Shown here: one piece after another, positions 60,524-64,000 of the stretch
Layout of the letters: the number at the start of each line of letters is the position of its first letter
Numbering within the stretch: the stretch's first letter is position 1
NCBI GenBank assembly: GCA_963805065.1
Contig: CAWDSS010000012.1
Location: 108,174-172,173, forward strand
Reading direction: 5' to 3'
DNA from: Candidatus Omnitrophota bacterium
GTDB lineage: Bacteria > Omnitrophota > Gorgyraeia > Gygaellales > Profunditerraquicolaceae
Length of the DNA: 64,000 nt
The notes under the pieces: generated by a model
Told to the model about the DNA's origin: nothing
What the model saw: the letters and a program-made list of their open reading frames with translations, nothing else
Databases searched by the model: none
Position numbers and translations under genes: made by a program

Positions 60524-61975
60524 CTATATTATTTGTCTTTTTTTTGCAAGAATTAACCGGGCTGTCGAAGAACCTATATATGCCGCCATAGGTAAACCTG
60601 CCTCGCCTGTAGAATATGTTACCCATTGGCCGCATAAAAACAAACCTTCTATTAAACTTTTTTGAGGCATAATTAAACGGTCAATCTGTGATGGAACCGC
60701 TGCCCATCCGTGAGCAGAACCACCCCTATTTAAAGTATATTTATACAAATCAAACGGCGTAACCGTTTCAGTTGTAACGATTTCTTTTTCTATGTCTGGT
60801 AAAACATCTTTCGCTCTATTAATCAATTTACCAACAAATTCTTGTTTTTTGTCTTTCCAAAATTTATCGTTTATAAAAGGAACAAAAACCGTTAAGGCCA
60901 TGCTTTCTTTATTCTTGGGAGCTAACTTTTCATCGCAAACTGAAGGGAATATAAAATGCATAGGTATATTTAACTCTTTATCATTTAAATATTTTTCATC
61001 TCTTGGATCATAGTGATCTAGATTATCTCTATTGGAATAAGATAATACATAAGTAGGTTTAATTGTAGTACTCAATTTTCTGTTTAGCCCAAGATAAAGA
61101 ATGAAACCTGAAACAGAGGGACGCAAATTATTCAGTTTAATTATAAAATCTTTCTCTATACAATTTTCTCCAACCAGGTTTAAAAATACTTCGGTCGGGT
61201 CACATGCAGCAACAACAAATTTAGAACGAATATGGCCAACTCTTTTAATATTTACGCCATCTATTCTACTATTAAGTAAAGTAACCTTGTCAACCAAGTG
61301 TGATAATAATATTTCTCCTCCAAATTCTTTAAATCTTTCTGCAAATGCATTGCTCAAAACCTGCATTCCTCCTTTGGGATGATAACCTAAGTCGAAAATG
61401 AATTCGCGAAAATGAGTGATGGCAGTAACTGCTGATGCCTCCGCAGGCCTCAAGCCTAATCTGCATAACATCATTATTAAAACTGATCTCAACCTACGGT
61501 CAGAAAAATAGGTATCCAAAAGATCCTTTAAAGTTTTATCTTTTAATCTATGGTATAGCTGCACAGAATTAATTGTCTGAATAAAATGGAAGAAGTTCAT
61601 TATAGCTTTTGCTTCTCTAGGAAATTTTTCCTGCAGCTCTTCGATAGTTTTATTAAAATCATTGTGTACAGCTACAACACAATCAGACATCTGAATGGTG
61701 TCTGATGGGTCAAATCTTGTAAAATCTACTTTCTTATCAATTTCTAACTGATTAACGATATCTCTAAAAGATTTACCTTTACCGAGATTCCCCAATGAAG
61801 AAGTAAGGATATTAAATACAAATCTATTCCTTTTAAACGAAGTACAATACCCTCCTACCTTGTTATGCTGTTCAACTATCAATACCTTCATTCCCGCCTT
61901 AGCCAAATAGCAACCGCAGGTAAGGCCACCAATACCAGCTCCAATAATTATGACATCATATTTTTCTTTTAGCAT
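60524..61975 (-). CDS. FAD-dependent oxidoreductase of the phytoene-desaturase (CrtI) family
   Basis: YDVIIIGAGIGGLTCGCYLAKAGMKVLIVEQHNKVGG dinucleotide-binding motif. About 480 aa with a CrtI-like C-terminal GQWV..G.G motif. Confidence 0.75.
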   Translation of the reverse strand: MLKEKYDVIIIGAGIGGLTCGCYLAKAGMKVLIVEQHNKVGGYCTSFKRNRFVFNILTSSLGNLGKGKSFRDIVNQLEIDKKVDFTRFDPSDTIQMSDCVVAVHNDFNKTIEELQEKFPREAKAIMNFFHFIQTINSVQLYHRLKDKTLKDLLDTYFSDRRLRSVLIMMLCRLGLRPAEASAVTAITHFREFIFDLGYHPKGGMQVLSNAFAERFKEFGGEILLSHLVDKVTLLNSRIDGVNIKRVGHIRSKFVVAACDPTEVFLNLVGENCIEKDFIIKLNNLRPSVSGFILYLGLNRKLSTTIKPTYVLSYSNRDNLDHYDPRDEKYLNDKELNIPMHFIFPSVCDEKLAPKNKESMALTVFVPFINDKFWKDKKQEFVGKLINRAKDVLPDIEKEIVTTETVTPFDLYKYTLNRGGSAHGWAAVPSQIDRLIMPQKSLIEGLFLCGQWVTYSTGEAGLPMAAYIGSSTARLILAKKRQII

Positions 61976-61982
61976 ATTTTAA

Positions 61983-63194
61983 CTAGTGATACCTTCTTAG
62001 CACCAAACAGGAATTATTCCCGCCGAAGGCATAAGAATTATTCAACGCTACATTTACATTTTGTTTTCTGGAAATATTGGGAACACAATCAATGTCACAA
62101 TCCGGATCAGGAGTTTCATAATTAATCGTGGGAGGAACAACGCTGTTCTTAATCGCCATGCAACAGGCTAATGCTTCAATTGCAGAAGCTGCACCCATGG
62201 TATGGCCAAGCATGGATTTAATAGAGCTAACAGGAATCTGTTTGTAATTATCCTTAAATACTTTTTTTATTGCCGAGCTTTCTTCTTTGTCATTTTGCAA
62301 AGTGCCTGTGCCGTGCGCGCTGATATAACTTACATCTTCTTTATCAATACCGGATTCTTTTATCGCTTCCTCCATACATGCAGCCATACCTTCTTCAATA
62401 GAAATCATCATACTGAAATCATCACAACTCAGGCCGTAACCCAAAATCTCCGCGTAAATAGGGGCTCTTCTTTGTAATGCATAGTCTAAAGATTCAATAG
62501 CTAAAATTGCAGCACCCTCACCGGGAATCATGCCTTTTCTATTCTTATCAAACGGCTGGCATTTATCCACAGCAACAGCTCCCAACCTACTAAATCCAGT
62601 ATATGCAATTTTGGAAAGTGCGTCTGCTCCGCCTGCCAGGATTAAATCCGCTTTACCAGATTGAATATTATCATAGGCATATCCTATGGCATAATTACCT
62701 GCTGCGCAGGCAGTGGTAAATATTTGATTAGGGCCACTTAATTTAAATTCTATTGATACGTTACTAGAAAGAGTGTACGCGGGATATTGATAAATCAACT
62801 GATTTCTCACTTCACTTTCGCCTTTTTTAACCCATGTCTCATCCATCTCCTCTATCCACTGCGATTCCCCCATGGTTGTTCCGATATTAACCCCTGCTTT
62901 TTGTTTTGATAAATCTCTGGGTTCTAATTTGGCGTCTCCTAAAGCAAGCTTTGCTGCCGCAATTGCCAATTGAGAGGCTCTGCCCATGAGTTTAAATTTT
63001 TTCTTATTTATGAATTCCTGTGACTTAAAGTTTTTTATTTCTCCGCCTTTATGCACAAGATAGCCTGAAGTATCAAAAGCGCTGATTTGGGAAATCCCAG
63101 ATTTGCCTTTGATTAAATTTCCCCAAAATTCATCCTTACCAATGCCAATTGATGAAACTATACCTAACCCCGTTATTACAACGCGCTTTTTCAT
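61983..63194 (-). CDS. beta-ketoacyl-ACP synthase (FabF/KAS II-like)
   Basis: RVVITGLG, active-site Cys in TACAAGNYAIG, HGTGT, GHTMGAASA, FGGNNSCLVL. Confidence 0.85.
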   Translation of the reverse strand: MKKRVVITGLGIVSSIGIGKDEFWGNLIKGKSGISQISAFDTSGYLVHKGGEIKNFKSQEFINKKKFKLMGRASQLAIAAAKLALGDAKLEPRDLSKQKAGVNIGTTMGESQWIEEMDETWVKKGESEVRNQLIYQYPAYTLSSNVSIEFKLSGPNQIFTTACAAGNYAIGYAYDNIQSGKADLILAGGADALSKIAYTGFSRLGAVAVDKCQPFDKNRKGMIPGEGAAILAIESLDYALQRRAPIYAEILGYGLSCDDFSMMISIEEGMAACMEEAIKESGIDKEDVSYISAHGTGTLQNDKEESSAIKKVFKDNYKQIPVSSIKSMLGHTMGAASAIEALACCMAIKNSVVPPTINYETPDPDCDIDCVPNISRKQNVNVALNNSYAFGGNNSCLVLRRYH

Positions 63195-63198
63195 TATT

Positions 63199-63453
63199 CT
63201 ACTTTTTTAAATATTTTTCTGCCAAAGCAACTGCCTGCCTTAAAGAAGCTACCTTTTTAATTTCTTCATCAGGAATTGTTATCTTAAATCTCCTTTCAAT
63301 TCCCGCGAGTATTTCCACGGAAATAATTGAATCCATTCCCAAGTCTTCCACAAACCTTGCATCAAGAGTGACTTCTTCCTCCGATATATTAAGAACGCTT
63401 GAGATTATTGACTTCATTTCCTTTTCCACATTAATGTCTTTCGAATCTGCCAT
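63199..63453 (-). CDS. acyl carrier protein
   Basis: 84 aa. DLGMDSIISVEILAGIE phosphopantetheine site. Confidence 0.85.
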   Translation of the reverse strand: MADSKDINVEKEMKSIISSVLNISEEEVTLDARFVEDLGMDSIISVEILAGIERRFKITIPDEEIKKVASLRQAVALAEKYLKK

Positions 63454-63465
63454 TTGTTCCTCCGT

Positions 63466-63781
63466 TTATAAACTATCCCTTATTCTCTTAAAATCCTCTT
63501 CTTTATACATAAAGTTGCCGCAGCAAAACGGCGCCAGGGAAAAACCGTGTTTAGCAGCTAGCGTCGAAATCAGCTTAATCTTTTCTTCGGTTATATTGCC
63601 CCTGCCGATGGAAAAATTCTCGAAGCTGCCTTCAAGAGCAAGAATCATCGTCTCGGTTAAACAACTAAATATTATACCATGAGGAAAGATATTTTGCCAT
63701 TTTTTACTCTTTATATTTTGGAGTTAATAAAACTTGTCTTGTCACGCTTACAAAATGCCCGATAAAAGCAAAGTAATCCAT
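63466..63781 (-). pseudogene. frame-disrupted or multi-ORF segment between KS and ACP genes
   Basis: A 25-aa ORF (MDYFAFIGHFVSVTRQVLLTPKYKE, ATG 1 nt after the KS stop) and an ORF open from 63723 to 63466 (..KSKKWQNIFPHGIIFSCLTETMILALEG..) overlap in frames offset by +1, around an A-rich stretch CCAAAATATAAAGAGTAAAAAATGG. Confidence 0.3.
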
Positions 63782-63782
63782 A

Positions 63783-64000
63783 TTATTTTTTAAATCTTCC
63801 TAAAATCAGACTCTTATTACAGCCGTTCTGTCCGAAGGAATTTATCATTGCCGTATCAATTTTTTGTTTGCGGCTTTTGTCAGGCACATAATCCAAATCC
63901 AGGCCTGAATCCGGCGTAACGTAATTTATAGTGGGAGGAATAAAATCTTTGACCATGCTTCCTAATGCAGCGGCAGTTGCCAGGCCTCCTGATGCGCTAA
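63783..64000 (-). CDS. C-terminal end of a second ketosynthase-family protein (5' part outside window)
   Basis: The minus-strand translation reads ..ASGGLATAAALGSMVKDFIPPTINYVTPDSGLDLDYVPDKSRKQKIDTAMINSFGQNGCNKSLILGRFKK*. This is colinear with the C-terminus of the KS at 61983..63194 (PPTINYETPDPDCDIDCVPN). Confidence 0.7.
   Translation of the reverse strand, partial: SASGGLATAAALGSMVKDFIPPTINYVTPDSGLDLDYVPDKSRKQKIDTAMINSFGQNGCNKSLILGRFKK

Noticed and set aside
63149-63682. 177-aa plus-strand ORF
   Set aside because: Antisense to the ACP gene and the start of the KS gene, both well supported. Low complexity.

Overview
AT-rich bacterial chromosomal segment. Every supportable gene (about 60 CDS and 4 tRNAs) is on the minus strand, mostly in tightly packed or overlapping operons. 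Reading the minus strand from 64000 down: (i) A type-II FAS/PKS-like lipid cluster: partial KS, ACP, FabF-like KS, CrtI-family flavoenzyme, and a LuxD-like acyltransferase fused to a SAM methyltransferase, followed by a polytopic GAF histidine kinase. (ii) A secreted discoidin/Ig protein, a 1,409-aa Rhs/YD-repeat toxin whose C-terminal tip carries a phospholipase-A2-like YCG...HDxC motif, and a small polytopic membrane protein (candidate immunity). (iii) An AbiEii-type nucleotidyltransferase plus XRE pair with a leaderless-type promoter and two ACAAC-N6-GTTGT operators. (iv) A T2SS/T4P-like apparatus: receiver, ACP-fusion protein, GspE, GspF, four minor pseudopilins, a PilM-PilN fusion, a PilO/GspM-like protein, then MerR, ExeA/GspA, a GspC/PilP-like protein and a secretin with a TonB-C domain. 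This cluster is split by an RHH regulator with a terminator-containing structured leader and by a 2,553-aa multidomain surface protein ending in poly-Gly plus [10 protein letters not shown]. (v) gatCAB, an S41 protease, tsaD, mgtC and a bactofilin-HTH fusion. (vi) A Wood-Ljungdahl corrinoid module (larB, fmdE-like, acsC, RACo, cooC, acsD, acsE) without CODH/ACS. (vii) dgkA, a receiver, tRNA-Met, tilS-ftsH-folP-cdaA, pdxJ-acpS-nnrD, tRNA Thr-Tyr-Gly, a PAS kinase/receiver pair, an archaeal-type thymidylate synthase, PilZ and gpsA. Non-coding oddities: tRNA half and 3'-end fragments next to both tRNA loci; a 21-bp-stem palindromic element present twice; a roughly 55-nt hairpin motif present twice; a phased CGCTAAT heptamer array; and frame-sensitive 7-bp and 8-bp tandem repeats inside gatA and the secretin signal peptide. 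The gene content (giant adhesin, secretion apparatus, Rhs toxin, Wood-Ljungdahl parts) fits an uncultivated, possibly surface- or host-attached anaerobe, but taxonomy cannot be established from this window. All calls rest on reading the translated ORFs and the DNA by eye; no database search was run.
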